A stretch of DNA of 64,000 bases, from positions 2,294,001-2,358,000 of the forward strand of contig JAMWBK010000002.1 of assembly GCA_029953675.1 (NCBI GenBank). Reading direction: 5' to 3'. Below are positions 38,405-50,623 of the stretch, one piece after another (within the stretch, counting starts at the first letter, position 1; each line of letters begins with the position of its first letter). The position numbers and the translations under genes are program-made. The notes beneath the pieces were generated by a model. That model made no database searches. It was given only the letters and a program-made list of their open reading frames with translations, and was not told where the DNA came from. This stretch comes from Rhodosorus marinus CCMP1338 (taxonomy: Eukaryota > Plantae > Rhodophyta).

Positions 38405-39712
38405 CGGATGTGGATGGCTTTCTAGAAAAGGTAGGACGGATCTGGAAGGCCATCCCAACTTCTGAAACTCGGAATGTTAAGATTAGGTTCCTCTTCCAGC
38501 TTTTGGCAGTAGGCACTGGCGTTACTGGTGTCATCCCCATAAGAGGGGTATCTCGGTTCGGCGTCGCCGGGACAGGTTGTCGGGGCTCGGATGGATGTGA
38601 GACGGCTTTCTAGAAAAGGTAGGGCGGATGTGGAAGGCCATCCCAAATTCTGAAACTCGGAGCGTTAAGATTAGGTTCTTTTTACAACGTTTGGCAATAG
38701 GCACTGGTGTTGCTGGTGTCATCCCCGTAAGAGTGGTGTCTTGGTTCGGCGTTGCCGGGACAGGCTGTCGGGGGTTCGGATGGATGGGAGATGGCTTTCT
38801 AAAAAGCTAGGGGCGGATGTGGAAGGCCATCCCAACTTCTGAAATTCGGAATGTTAAGATTAGGTTCCTTCTCCAACGTTTGGCAATAGGCACTGGTGTT
38901 ACTGGTTTCATCCCCATAGGAGTGGTACACTCGGTTCGGTGTAGCCGCGACAGGCTGTCGGGGGTTCGCTGGATGTAGAAGGCATTCCAGAAACGTAGGC
39001 GAATGTGCAAGGCCATTCCAACTTCTGAAACTTGAGATGTCTTTTTCCAAGGTTTGGCAATAGGCGCTGGTGTTGATGGTGTCATCCCCATAGCAGTGAT
39101 CTAGGTGCACGGCACACGATTAGGGTTGAATGTATGCTGTTGATCTAATGGTACATCACCACTGAGCCGCTGAGGAGCTGAGGGCTACAACGCTGACGTT
39201 ACCATCAGATCACAGCGTACATTCGACCGCTAGTCCTGCGCAATTACAACAAACTAGTTGGAAAAACGGGTTTGCTGCTGGGAGAGGGGAGCAGGATAAG
39301 ATTGCAGCATTACGCTGAAGTGGGGTAGCTGGTTCTCGGGAAGTGGTATCTGGGTTAGAAATCGGGGACAGGCTGTCGGATCATTTAATAAGAAAGGTAG
39401 GGCGGATCTGGAAGGTCTTCCAACTTCCGAAAAGCGAAATATTTCGATTGCGTTCCTATTCCAGCATTTGGCAAAAAAGCAATGGTGTCATCCCCGTCGA
39501 AACGGTATCTCGGTTGAGCTTTACCGCGAGAAGGTCCTTCCAACTCCTGAAACGGCATTTTTTTTCGATTGCTTTCCTTTTCCGACTTAAGGCAATGAAC
39601 AAAAATAGCGCTTGCTCCCGCTAGAGGAAGTTGTTTGTTGTTCAGGTCATCAGAAGAACCTTTCCGCATAGACGGTATTATCGACACGTGCATGGATCTG
39701 GAAGGCCATTGC
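38405..39712. repeat. Degenerate tandem array A, unit ~187-189 bp (4 units, then a diverged unit and a fragment)
   Basis: Anchor GGAAGGCCATCCCAA at ~38444, 38632, 38821 and 39007 (variant); further variants at ~39410 and ~39700. Confidence 0.9.
39124..39228 (+). other. Imperfect inverted repeat / long hairpin (~31-bp arms, ~43-nt spacer)
   Basis: Left arm GGTTGAATGTATGCTGTTGATCTAATGGTAC versus reverse complement of right arm GGTCGAATGTACGCTGTGATCTGATGGTAAC. Confidence 0.8.
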
Positions 39713-41738
39713 GGGTTCAGAACAGACGCATTTTGCTTTGTAGATTATATGCCGTTCCACGTCCCCCAGTCCGCATGACATATACAGTAAACCTTGGGAG
39801 ACCCACATTTCTCGGAGTCACTTTCCGGGACACTGAGCTTGGTGACTATTGTGAATCTGAAATTAGCATTCTTGAAGGTGGACTGATGCGGAAGGTCAGT
39901 CCACGTTCTGTGAGGGAACACGCACTTGTGGTTGGAAGTTATTGGTTGATATAGAAACGCGTTTCGTGATAGGGTTTCACACCCCTGCGGTATTGAGTTC
40001 CATGTAAAACAAGGCCATCCCAAGCTCACACAACAATCGATTGGGCTCTGAACTCTCCGTTCTTACCGTCCATTTGGTTTGCTATCATTTCCAGGTAAGG
40101 CCTACCATAGAGTGATCGCTGGCTCGACAAAGTGATCATGGCGATAAGATGATTCAATCGGGGCGGGCATGCTGAGATCAGATGCTTGACACTGCTCCAT
40201 ACGAGTTTTGCCTCAGTGCCAACCGATCTCTCCCCTTTGCGCAGACCAAACCCAAATGCCAAACCTTGAAAATAAAAATAAAAAATCAGATAGAGTCCGC
40301 ATAACATAATCATACAAATCAAAAAGCAGCTCAACTCCTAGTTGACAATGGTTGCAATAAAACAATTTAAATTCAATATTCTGACAAGTTGGCCTACGCG
40401 CAGCTCTCCTTCTGCCGGGTCCTAGATTGAGGCCCATTGTCGATCTCTATGTCCGTCAAAAGTTCCATGGTGTTCCTGAATTTGAGCAAGAGGTCCTCAT
40501 GTCTACCGTCCGACCCCCCGTCAAGTATGCGTTACGTTTGCGGTCAACCAGAAACGCCCGTCTACGAACCACTTGTTGAGTCCTATTGTCGCCTGCAACT
40601 TCTAACTTGCCTCTTATTTGAGCTACATCTCCTCCTTTACACCGTCTCATCCTGCTTGATGTACGTCTCTTGGCCTGTCATCGGCCAGAAACGCCCGTCT
40701 CAAAGCCTGCCTACCTCGCGAACCTAAACCCCATCAACCCAGGAGCTATCTTCCCAAGCACGTAATATTTTCATAGACTTTCGCCAATAGTTGAATACTT
40801 ACTCAGTTGATTTGTTAATACAATAAGTTTAGTGGTTCATTTTGACATTATAACGTTTTTACTTCAATTATATAGATCATGTATTAAGTATTGCGGAGTA
40901 TTTCGGCCAAATAAATTTGTAAATAAATTCATCTAAGTAATCAGTGTACCATTTCATGTTTTGGTTTGATTTTGGAAATGTATTGAGCCACCAATAACCC
41001 TGAAGCGCTGGAAATAAGGTTTTGGAAGGCTTGTATTGGAAACGTCTTTTGCTTTAATTTTGCTGCAGATAGTTGAGACGACCAGTTCCTGGCGTTGCGC
41101 CGCTCCGAGGGAGGCTAGGACTAGAACGAGACTGTGAAGACTTCCTGACGGTTACGAAGACAAGCGTAGGTACTGGAGTAAAACTTCGAACTCAGTTAAC
41201 TAGGTTCTTTAAACCGTGCTGGACGTCTCAGTCGACAAAAACGCTCCCAGGAAAAGTCAGCGCTAGCGGCGCAGAGTGTAGCCTGCTGTTTGTTGTTCGA
41301 GGGTTTTAGGATGAACCGAGGAGGCTCTAAGAGCGACTCGAACATCAGCGCACGTTTCACACGCTACCATTCTGAATCTCAACGAGGAAAATAGTTCGGT
41401 AAGCTGTTGTGGGACAATCCCTACACGCATCCAGTAGCGACGAGCAGAGCGTTGGAGCGGTAGACATGTTAAAAACGAGCTGCCCCGGTTGGAATGCGCT
41501 CATAAGGGGGGCTGGAAGCTTGCCGGGACGTTGTAGGGAAGGGAATTAGCCTTTGCGGAAGTGTTCCCGTCACAGTCTAGCGGAATCTCGCAAACGTGTG
41601 TATAGGCGTGCAGTATTGTAACGAACAAACAAGTCGAGGGTAGTGGCGGGTTGAGTTTTTGCTGCGGGTTGTTGCTTTCTTGTTTTTCGGCTTAAAAAAA
41701 TAAATTGGGTTTCTCGACTACAATTCGGACGAAGAGCG

Positions 41739-42782
41739 ATGAATGCGGACCAGCAGGAGGAACTCTTGATGGAGGTTGAGATGTTAAAGGCAATGATTGT
41801 CTTGGCTGAGCCCTGCGGGTTTCCAACGTTTGAGGAAGAACAAGAGTTGGAGGAGCCCCTAACGGGTGTGTTGACGGTTTTGGGTGAGAGCTTTTCGAAG
41901 AGAAAATGCCGCCGGTCGGGCGCTGGTAGATCCTTTTTGGTGGAGGTCGGCGCGAGTGGCACGCCCAGAATAGAATGGATGGAAGAGGCAACGGTGCGGA
42001 AATCCAATGAGCTCGCGATTGAAGTCTTCGAAAGGAAAAAGAGCAGATCCCCTGTTTCTAGAAGGAGAGCTCGAAAACCGAAACGACATCCCGCCGTAGA
42101 CGAGAGCTGGTTTCTGAACGAAAAAGACTGTTCGAGCGTGAGCTCACAAGAACATCGCGAAATCAACAAACCGGTTCCGCCGACGAGCGACAGCGGACCA
42201 AGAGGAAAGTCCCTCACAAGAAAGAAAGAAACACCTGTCAATCACGTGAACGGCTTGCGCCTGACCAAGGCAGAGCCCAAGCTGGTGACTCAAGAGGTGG
42301 ATGAGTCTATGCCCCGTAAAGTGGAAGTATCATTATCAACTGCGCTGAAGTTCCGATCTCCTTCACAGCAAAATCGGGTTGAAAAGCAAAAGATTCTTTT
42401 GCCTAAATGGGAGGTTAGAGGAAACATCCCCGCCTGCGCCAACTCGGACGATGCCTCCCCGAAGAGCGTGATGTCATCGTCTATTTTGGAAGTGAACTCG
42501 ATGTTTAGTGCAAACTGTGCGAGGATTAGAAACAGATTGAACCGATATGGGATTGCCGGATCTGAATCTGAAAGCCCTCTTCCTAGTTGCGACCTAATTA
42601 TGGAAACAGAACTCGCGGGACCAGCCAATGGACCTCTGCTCTACCAATTCGGGCAGAGTGCGACCTCGGTGACGGGGAGGCTGTTGGGAATGGGAAAACG
42701 GCAGCACACAAATCCCAAGGCTCTTGCCTCTCCTCAGAAAATTCGGCCTCGCCCAATATACAGCTTATGGGATCGCCGATGA
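41739..42782 (+). CDS. Hypothetical protein, 347 aa, intronless, basic/acidic low complexity
   Basis: Long ATG-initiated ORF downstream of an AT-rich promoter-like island; no family recognised. Confidence 0.6.
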   Translation: MNADQQEELLMEVEMLKAMIVLAEPCGFPTFEEEQELEEPLTGVLTVLGESFSKRKCRRSGAGRSFLVEVGASGTPRIEWMEEATVRKSNELAIEVFERKKSRSPVSRRRARKPKRHPAVDESWFLNEKDCSSVSSQEHREINKPVPPTSDSGPRGKSLTRKKETPVNHVNGLRLTKAEPKLVTQEVDESMPRKVEVSLSTALKFRSPSQQNRVEKQKILLPKWEVRGNIPACANSDDASPKSVMSSSILEVNSMFSANCARIRNRLNRYGIAGSESESPLPSCDLIMETELAGPANGPLLYQFGQSATSVTGRLLGMGKRQHTNPKALASPQKIRPRPIYSLWDRR

Positions 42783-45207
42783 GCGTAATGCCTCCGGTAG
42801 AATCAGAGTTCGGCGAAACCAAGTCGTGAGATCGAAAGCCTCAGGTTCTCTCCAAGGAAGGGAGGAAACGCTGCTCAAGCGAATCTTCGTCTCGAGAATG
42901 ATACTGGTTTTCAGCGCTCAGTGATCGATTCCTCTGATTTGTTGGAGCGATGACAAGTAACCTCGTGAATGTAAATATAATTATTACGCTAAAAACTGCT
43001 CCTTCAACGAGTAAACGACTCATAATAGACTTGGCTGGCTCGGATATGTGTTGCTTCCGTGAACGCCTCTAGTTTCTGCACAAACACTCCTAGAGCATCC
43101 ATACAGCGTAGGACTCGGATATGGAAGCTCACAATTCATGCCGGGCTGCGGTAAACGATGGTAAGAGGATTTCTCGCTAGAGATCAAATTGGGGTTTTTC
43201 TCAACGCAAGACCGTTCGACAAAGATGTCTATCAGCACAGATGGTTGCTGCCGCCCATATGGAGACGCCAATCCTTTGACTGAGAGCAGCGTCGAGGGTC
43301 CGAATCCACACGGAAACCCCCAAGAGCAGTCTCGCGAAGCTTCTATAGAGGACCTGGACGCAACTGCAATAAGAGATTACTTGAGGAACGGCTGACAGCA
43401 ATATGCTAATTCCAGCAAAAACGATACCAGCAAAAAAAGAAAACAGAAAGGATAAAGTCGGCCGGGGGTACCGAGTCCACTACAGACGCCCACGGTTTAT
43501 CTGTTATCCTAGCCGAGACGCTTTACCACCGTACCAGGGTAAGCTCCATACAGATAGAAAGCGAGTAAGTACTATTCCATTGAAGCCAATGATCATGGGC
43601 CGTGCGTCTAAAGGAGCTTTGTTTCATTCTACTGCATCCCACAGCTGAGAACACAGAAAAAAAGAAACAACGATTTTTCTTCCTCACCTGGGGGTACCCC
43701 AGCCAATGCCAGCCCATCAAAGACCGGACCGTTTGCATCACATGGAAACCAGTCTCGTCCCAACGAACGACCAACAAGCTCTTCTTGGCAACATGCAAAA
43801 CCGTTGCCAAACAACAAAGCAATCCACAATGTGCCAAAACTCTTACCCCTGAAAAAGCCTTCTCCACCAACCAGAAAATATTCTAAACTAAATATAAATA
43901 TGAGACAATCGTTAAAAGTTGAAAATATACTTTAGGGGTTACATCATTTATCACATTTTTTGACGTGATCTCGACGTGGGCTGCAGATTACAAGACCCCC
44001 CGGGGAAAAATCTACAGACGAAACCAAAATGGTCTGAAAATGGACGGTTTTTAGCTTAACGGGCCTGCATGCGTAGACCCCTTGATTCAGCGCAGAAAAC
44101 AAAAACTGAACGTTTTTCTGAAAAAAAGGGAGCAAACATTTGATGGAATCGTTTTTCAATAAAAATAGAAATGCAAATTATAATCCAATCATTCATCAGC
44201 ACACCTCACACGTTTAGCCAATGAGTTGCTATTACGTTTTTATTTCAATAATATGAACTATTACCGTCGGACCCTCACATGCTGGATGGCTCACTATGTG
44301 ACGTTCCGCGGGGGTTGACAAATTCATTAAAAAAGGAGGAGGCGTTATCTCTCATTCGTATTTCTATGGCGAAACAAAAAAAAACGTCCCGCTTAAAGCA
44401 CGCGAATGCGGCGATATTGTTTTCTTGTTTTTTTCAAGGAGAGATTTCGATCACGAGGACTTGGTGCTGTTCTTTTCTTCCTCGTTTCGCAAAAAACGTC
44501 TAAAACGTAGGCGAAAAACGAGAACATTTGGAGTGCGGATGTTTCATTGGAGTAGAATGCCGAAGACGCGCATGGACCATTCTAATCAAGAATTTTAGGG
44601 GGGGGTCAAGAACTTAGAACCTCGCCCGTTAAACCGTTGTTGAGGTATCTCCTGAGGCGGGGTTAAAAGTTTACCGTTCACGGCGAGGCAGGTAGGGTTG
44701 TTCCCGGCCATTTCACTAGGCGTCATCAGGGAAGGTAGTCAAAATTTCTGCGTATTCGAGGGGAGGTAGACCGGGACCATTCTGGACCTCAGGTGCGTAT
44801 TTTCTCAAGTAAAAAAAGACATTTTATGCGTTTCATACTGATTTGCTTAGGGGTGGGTAAATGGGCTTATCCAGAACGGGTGCTATATCCCACGAATGGG
44901 GGCTTTCTGTGGCTTTTAGGACGAAAGGCAGTTGACTGGGATGGCAGAGGCAGACGAGGAGTGGGTGGGAGACGGGGCGAGCAAGTGTTTGTCTTTGCTT
45001 GCGCGGTGGGCTTTGTTCGGTTTTTGCGGTGATTGGTACTTTCGTTCCACCCAATTTTCTGCTTTACGGAAGATGCGGTGTATTTAGGGGGCCGCGGTCT
45101 AGTGAGAGCTGAAGTTTTCTGCAGTTTGGTTGAGGGGGGAAGGGGGGGGGAGGGGGGGAGGGTGTGTGTTTTCGCGTGTTTTGGCTGGATTCAGAGGAGA
45201 AGGAAGC

Positions 45208-47313
45208 ATGGATGTTTGCTTTGTGGGAGGAGGGCTAGTGGTGGGAGGGAAGTTGGGCTGTAGTAGCTTGGTTAAACCTCGTGCAAACGGAGGGCTCCGG
45301 CGATGGCACTCGGTGCGTACGCCTGTGCGCGCAACCGCCACCGCGACGCCCTTTTCACCAACAGAAGGTAATGTTGAAGAGGAGAAGGTGCCAGTGGAGA
45401 AGAAGGTGCCAGTGGAGAAGAAAGTGCCAGTGGAGAAGAAATTGCCAGTGGAGAAGAAAATGACCGATACACCAATGGTCGTCGATACGGGGTTGAACGA
45501 GAGGATTATCTTGAAGCTTCAAGAAAAAGGCATTACCCAGCTGACTGCCGTTCAGGGCGGTACCCTCAGGCAGATTTTGGATGGACGCGACATAATTGCC
45601 AGGTCCCGTACGGGAACTGGCAAAACCCTTGCTTTTGGTCTCCCAATCGTTGAGAGACTGAGTCAAATGCGCGACGATTCGGGCAGTCCAGTGGGAAAGA
45701 AGAGGGGACGAGGCCCATCTTGCATTATCCTTGCTCCCACGAGGGAGCTCGCGAAGCAAGTCGCCGCGGAATTGGACTACGTTGGATCACCTCTGAAAAT
45801 TCGTACCGATTGCTTTTACGGCGGAGTGAGCTACTCAATTCAAGAATCGGCCATCTCGAGGGGCATCGATATCCTTGTGGGTACTCCTGGGCGCGTAATT
45901 GACCATTTGGAGAAGGGCAATTTGGATCTATCTGGGGTTAAGTTCGGCGTCCTTGACGAAGCGGATGAAATGCTTTCTATGGGTTTCGCCGATGACATTG
46001 AGCGAATTTTCGACTATCTGCCGCCGCGCGAGGAGCGTCAGACAATCCTTTTCTCCGCTACCGTGCCATCCTGGGTGAAGACTATTGCCAAGCAGCACCA
46101 AAAGGAACCCTACCTGTACGATGCTATCGGCCGGGAACAAAACAAGACTGCTACAACGGTCAGGCATTGCGCGATCAGAGTACCCGAAGGTGATTCGCGA
46201 GGAGCTTTCCTTGATGATATCATCACGACGTATGGAGGTGCCATGACCCAGAGCCGGTGCCTAGTGTTCACGCAGACAAAGAAGGAAGCCGATGAGCTTG
46301 TAACGAGCGGAGTGATCCAAGGGGGAGCGGCTGTGTTGCACGGCGATGTATCTCAGCGCCAGCGTGAGATAACCCTTGCTCACTTTAGGGACGGGAGATT
46401 CCCGGTCTTGGTGGCCACCGACGTAGCTGCGCGAGGGCTCGATATTACTGGTATCGACATTGTTGTTCAATTTTCGGTACCGCAGGATATTGATTCCTAC
46501 ATCCACAGAGCGGGGAGAACTGGACGTGCAGGTCGATCTGGAATTGCCATATTGCTGCATTCGGACAGGGAGAATGACCAGCTCCGGCGAGTCGAGCGGG
46601 CGTGCGGCATTAAGCTCGAGCGTCACGGTCCACCAAGCGCCGCGAAGGTCTTGGAGGCATCGGCTCAGCAAGCCTCTGCATGTCTGCAGGAGGTAGAAGA
46701 AAACGTTATTAAGTACTTCGTGGGAAAAGCTTCCGAACTGATTGAAAACGAGGACCCCAAGCTGGTCCTCGCTGCGGCCTTGGCCCTGGTTGCGAGGCGT
46801 CCGAAGTTCCAGGAACGAAGCATCCTTACGGGACTTACCGAGTATCGCACTCTTTCAGTTACCACGAAGTTTGCTTTGACACCTCCGGATATCCTCAGGA
46901 TCATCAGGAAGGCTTCTTCAATTTCGGGATGCTCGACGAAGGCGGGCAAGATTGTCGTGTGCGAGAATGACGCACAGGCAGTATTTGATTACCCTGTAGA
47001 AGAGGTTGATCTTCTCCTGGAGGGAGCAGCGGAACTCAAGGGGATCGAAATCCAGATGCTTGATGATTTGCCGCGGTTGAAGGTGGAATACGGAGTTCGC
47101 AGGGGTGGAATGCGAGGTGGTTACCGCTCCAGGGATCGGGACGAAGGTAGGGGCAACAGGAGGAGGACATCCACTGATCGTCAGAGATATAGCAAGGGTA
47201 GCTACAGGGATCGCGGAAGACCGAACCGCCGCTCTAACGGAAGACAGGGTTATGGTGGGGGTTATGGCGGTGGCTCGTACGGATCCAATGAGGACGATGA
47301 CGACTTTTTCTAA
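45208..47313 (+). CDS. DEAD-box RNA helicase (RH3/RH9/DDX21-like) with putative plastid transit peptide, GUCT-like region and RGG tail; intronless
   Basis: SRTGTGKT, PTRELA, TPGR, VLDEAD, SAT, HGDVSQ, ARGLDI, HRAGRTGRAG; N-terminus MDVCFVGGG. Confidence 0.95.
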   Translation: MDVCFVGGGLVVGGKLGCSSLVKPRANGGLRRWHSVRTPVRATATATPFSPTEGNVEEEKVPVEKKVPVEKKVPVEKKLPVEKKMTDTPMVVDTGLNERIILKLQEKGITQLTAVQGGTLRQILDGRDIIARSRTGTGKTLAFGLPIVERLSQMRDDSGSPVGKKRGRGPSCIILAPTRELAKQVAAELDYVGSPLKIRTDCFYGGVSYSIQESAISRGIDILVGTPGRVIDHLEKGNLDLSGVKFGVLDEADEMLSMGFADDIERIFDYLPPREERQTILFSATVPSWVKTIAKQHQKEPYLYDAIGREQNKTATTVRHCAIRVPEGDSRGAFLDDIITTYGGAMTQSRCLVFTQTKKEADELVTSGVIQGGAAVLHGDVSQRQREITLAHFRDGRFPVLVATDVAARGLDITGIDIVVQFSVPQDIDSYIHRAGRTGRAGRSGIAILLHSDRENDQLRRVERACGIKLERHGPPSAAKVLEASAQQASACLQEVEENVIKYFVGKASELIENEDPKLVLAAALALVARRPKFQERSILTGLTEYRTLSVTTKFALTPPDILRIIRKASSISGCSTKAGKIVVCENDAQAVFDYPVEEVDLLLEGAAELKGIEIQMLDDLPRLKVEYGVRRGGMRGGYRSRDRDEGRGNRRRTSTDRQRYSKGSYRDRGRPNRRSNGRQGYGGGYGGGSYGSNEDDDDFF
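45379..45459 (+). repeat. Coding 18-bp minisatellite (EKKVPV x4)
   Basis: GAGAAGAAGGTGCCAGTG tandem copies. Confidence 0.9.
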
Positions 47314-47661
47314 CTGTATTTTCGCACACTGCTTCGTTGCTGCTTCCGATCGATGAGGGCTGGATACTTGCAGGCTAGCGTGTGCAGTGAACTGTTCGAC
47401 TTGCTACGGAAGGATGGACTACCAGATGAACCTAAATAAGTGCGGAGAGCTCCTACTTGTTTTCGCTAACTTTTAAATTGTTCTTAATATCTGATTTAGG
47501 TTTTTTTGTTTTGTTACGAGTTGATTTATCAAGTTGAATTAGAAGAAAACAGATAAATTCACAAAACTTCCCATATAGACAAAGAATACCTAGCTGTGCC
47601 CTATTTTTATGGGTCAACAGCAATCACATGAGTGCTCAAGGTGGAGGGATGGTAGACCTTT

Positions 47662-48886
47662 TCATGTGTTTTGCTTGGGTTGCCACTCAGGTTCCAAGCC
47701 AGTGAACTTGTTCTTGCCGGACCTCGCCGGGCTGCCTGGACGTTGTGTGGGGTTCTTCCCATCGTTATCTCCCTCGCGTGTGGACTTTTTTGTGCTCCGG
47801 CTTCGCCCATGGCTCTTGTGCTCTCCCCGCGCTTGGGGGTCAGGTGATTTGCGAGCGCTCGATTTCGCGATGTCTCCATGTTTCAAGTTCAGTGCACCCA
47901 AAATAAGTCTCCTGGCAACTACGTCCGTGGTTTCTCGAGCGTTCGGGTATTCTAACAAACAAAGAAGCAAGATGTTAGCAGCCTCAAAGCGTGGACGTAC
48001 GACATTACCAGGTACAGCGAGCATAGCATAACATATGTAGACGGTAGCTAAGTACCTTTTCTATATACAGCTTCTGACTCCTTGGAGTCAGTTTTCAGAG
48101 GAGCTACTTTCAGCGTCTCCGTCTTCGCATTTTGGGCCATTCGTCTACCTGCAAAGTGGGTTCGACGTTCACAACTTTAAGAAGATCGTTCCGTGGCTAT
48201 TTTCGGGGATGTTCCAGGTACTCACAAGACGCGCTCGTCCTGAAGATAGCCAGATACCTCTGATCTGAGACCTTTAGGACCTTCATGGCCTCCGGTAGTA
48301 GCTTGAGTACGGCATCGGAGCTAATCGTTTCTGCCTCGCCGACGACTTCCAGAACCTTCTCGCTAACCAATCTCGGAGCCGCTTCCACATCCTTTTTTTT
48401 TTTTATCGCAACATCCTCCGATCCCTTCCGGACGCAGCTGACTTGGTCAGCCCGTCTTGCTTCTTCTTCCTCAGGTGCGCCACGGCTGGCTAAACGTTTG
48501 TCGGAAGTCTCCTCGGTCCAGTCGATCGAGGAAGTGTTGGAACCCTGTCCGAATTTCTTCGCCTCCCTTTCAGATCCTCTATCCTCTGCCGAATCTTCGC
48601 CTTGTTTTAGCACTGCGGATCTGCCCCTTAATTTCTGCTCAGCGTCCTCAACATTCCTGGAGTCCCCACTGGAATCATCTTCTCTGACTTCGTCGATTGG
48701 GGAATCCTCCGTGTTCTGCTCTACATTCTCTACCTCCAAACCACTTCCGCATTGCTCTTCACTGCCAGGCCCGTCCTGGACTTTTCTCCATCTCACTACA
48801 TCGTCTTCTCTCTCCGCTCCTTCACCCCATCCAGCAGTCTTATACTTCACTTGACCACGTCCTTTCACCTTCTTCGTAGTTGACAT
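47662..48886 (-). CDS. R3HCC1/R3HCC1L-like RRM protein (3 exons)
   Basis: VLEVVGEAETISSDAVLKLL...VLKVSDQRYLAIFRTSAS|...LKVAPL...|RETTDVVARRLILGALNLK resembles the R3HCC1L C-terminal region. Confidence 0.65.
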
Positions 48887-50623
48887 TTTCGTTTTTGCTC
48901 TTCTGGGTGAAAGCTCTACCAAGCCAAGGCTTTCATTTCAGTTCAACACTCCTCCGTTGCCACGACCATTCTCGTGTTCTTCGCCATGTCCGCACAGAAG
49001 CCACTCACGTCCCTCAATGGCGGTGGTGCTGGCGAGGCAGAAGCTGATGAGCTCTTTGGATTAGATGAGCGGGGTTTCTGAAGCCGTTCTCCAGATCAGC
49101 TGTGCGGTTTTGATCTGGATACGATCTGAACCTAGAAAGCTTCTTGTAGTCGAGCGAGGTTGTCGGGTTCCACTCCCAAGAGCTCCTCAGCGAATTCAGA
49201 ATGGCTCAACCGACCCAGAAAAAGGGATTTCGAATGCTACCTTCTTTTGTTCTTCACAGTGGTTGGAACGGAGAAGGGAAGGCTGAACGTCAAAGAGACA
49301 CCCATATTTGCCTTCGTTGTGTCACCATCAGATCGTCCCAGAGACGATCACTCACCACATCCACAACTGCTCACAGACATACCCATTCGACAAGAATACC
49401 TCTCAAAACACATGCTAGTTTTAACTCACAGATCTGGATCATGCAATTTTCACTAAAATCGATAAAACGTCTTAATTTAGTTTTTACCCTACATACTGTT
49501 ATAACATCCATATTATTCTAAAACTCTTAATCTACACTAAAACAACCGTAAATATCTGAATTAAAAAATTATAAAACAGCTACCTCACCTATTTCCTAAA
49601 TTATCTCGATATACGTATTATTATAACATATTGTCTATATTTGGATAGTTACGAAATGTATTACAACCGTTCTACGCAGAATATATCCTTATGAAAATAG
49701 TTGTTCTAGATTTTGCTCGTTCCCTATTTTATGAAAACCTAATCTTGCGGTGCGATGAGATTTTTTCTGCAGCGGACGGTGCGCTTGGGCCTTCTTGGAG
49801 AGTTGAGGTAGCGTCTCTTCGTTCAGAATGAGGAAGAACGGCAACCAATTCGGTCAGATGATGAGCATATGATACGGCTAGGTAGTATATATATCGTTTG
49901 TTAATTTGCTAAAACCGAGCTCAAGAGGCCTTTGCATTTAGTGCAGCCTGTCCACTTTCCCATTGGAAAGCCTCAACGTAGAGCCCGGCAACCAGGTGGT
50001 CGAAAGACTCAGTTCATCAGGCCAGCTGAGTGAAGCACGTGTCTCCCTCATCAAACGCTTTCTGCAATGTGTGATCGAAAGGACCGATCACGATTTCTTA
50101 CCAGGGTGATGACTCGCCCTTTGACTGAAAGACCACACAACAGTCGAGGAAGACTTGCGCGCCCGCTTCGCCTTAGCCAAGTGTCCTCCAGATTTCTGCA
50201 GACGATTCATCATCGCTCTGAGATAAGAATCTTTTAGGACTTAAGAACCCGGAAACCCAATTCAGTAAGGACTAGTTTTGATGCTATCAAATCGAGTCGC
50301 CTAGCCCGATGAGAGGGAAGTGGCCGGCCGACGCGCAAGGATAGCTTAAGGCAGTACCCGAGAGCCTGGTGGGGTTTGCATTGAGCAGCTGGGTCGGGAA
50401 AGGAGAACAGCGGAGAGTTTGCGACAGGGGTTATTGAGTAAGTGATTAAAGAGTCTTCTTCTTTGTTAGCGTTTTGTCACCGGTTGTTAGTTGTCTGTTG
50501 AACTTCGTGCTACCAGACCAGGTTGAAAGAGCGAAATTTTGTTTTCTTTGAAAAGGTGGACGTCGGGGTTGTTTTCGTTTGCTTGTTTTCGGCGCTTAGT
50601 AGCTTGGCGTTCAGTGGACGGAT

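Noticed and set aside
39878-39904. 9-bp perfect hairpin GTGGACTGA/TCAGTCCAC (and a 10-bp stem at 6566-6595)
   Set aside because: Short enough to arise by chance in 64 kb; no terminator or ncRNA context.
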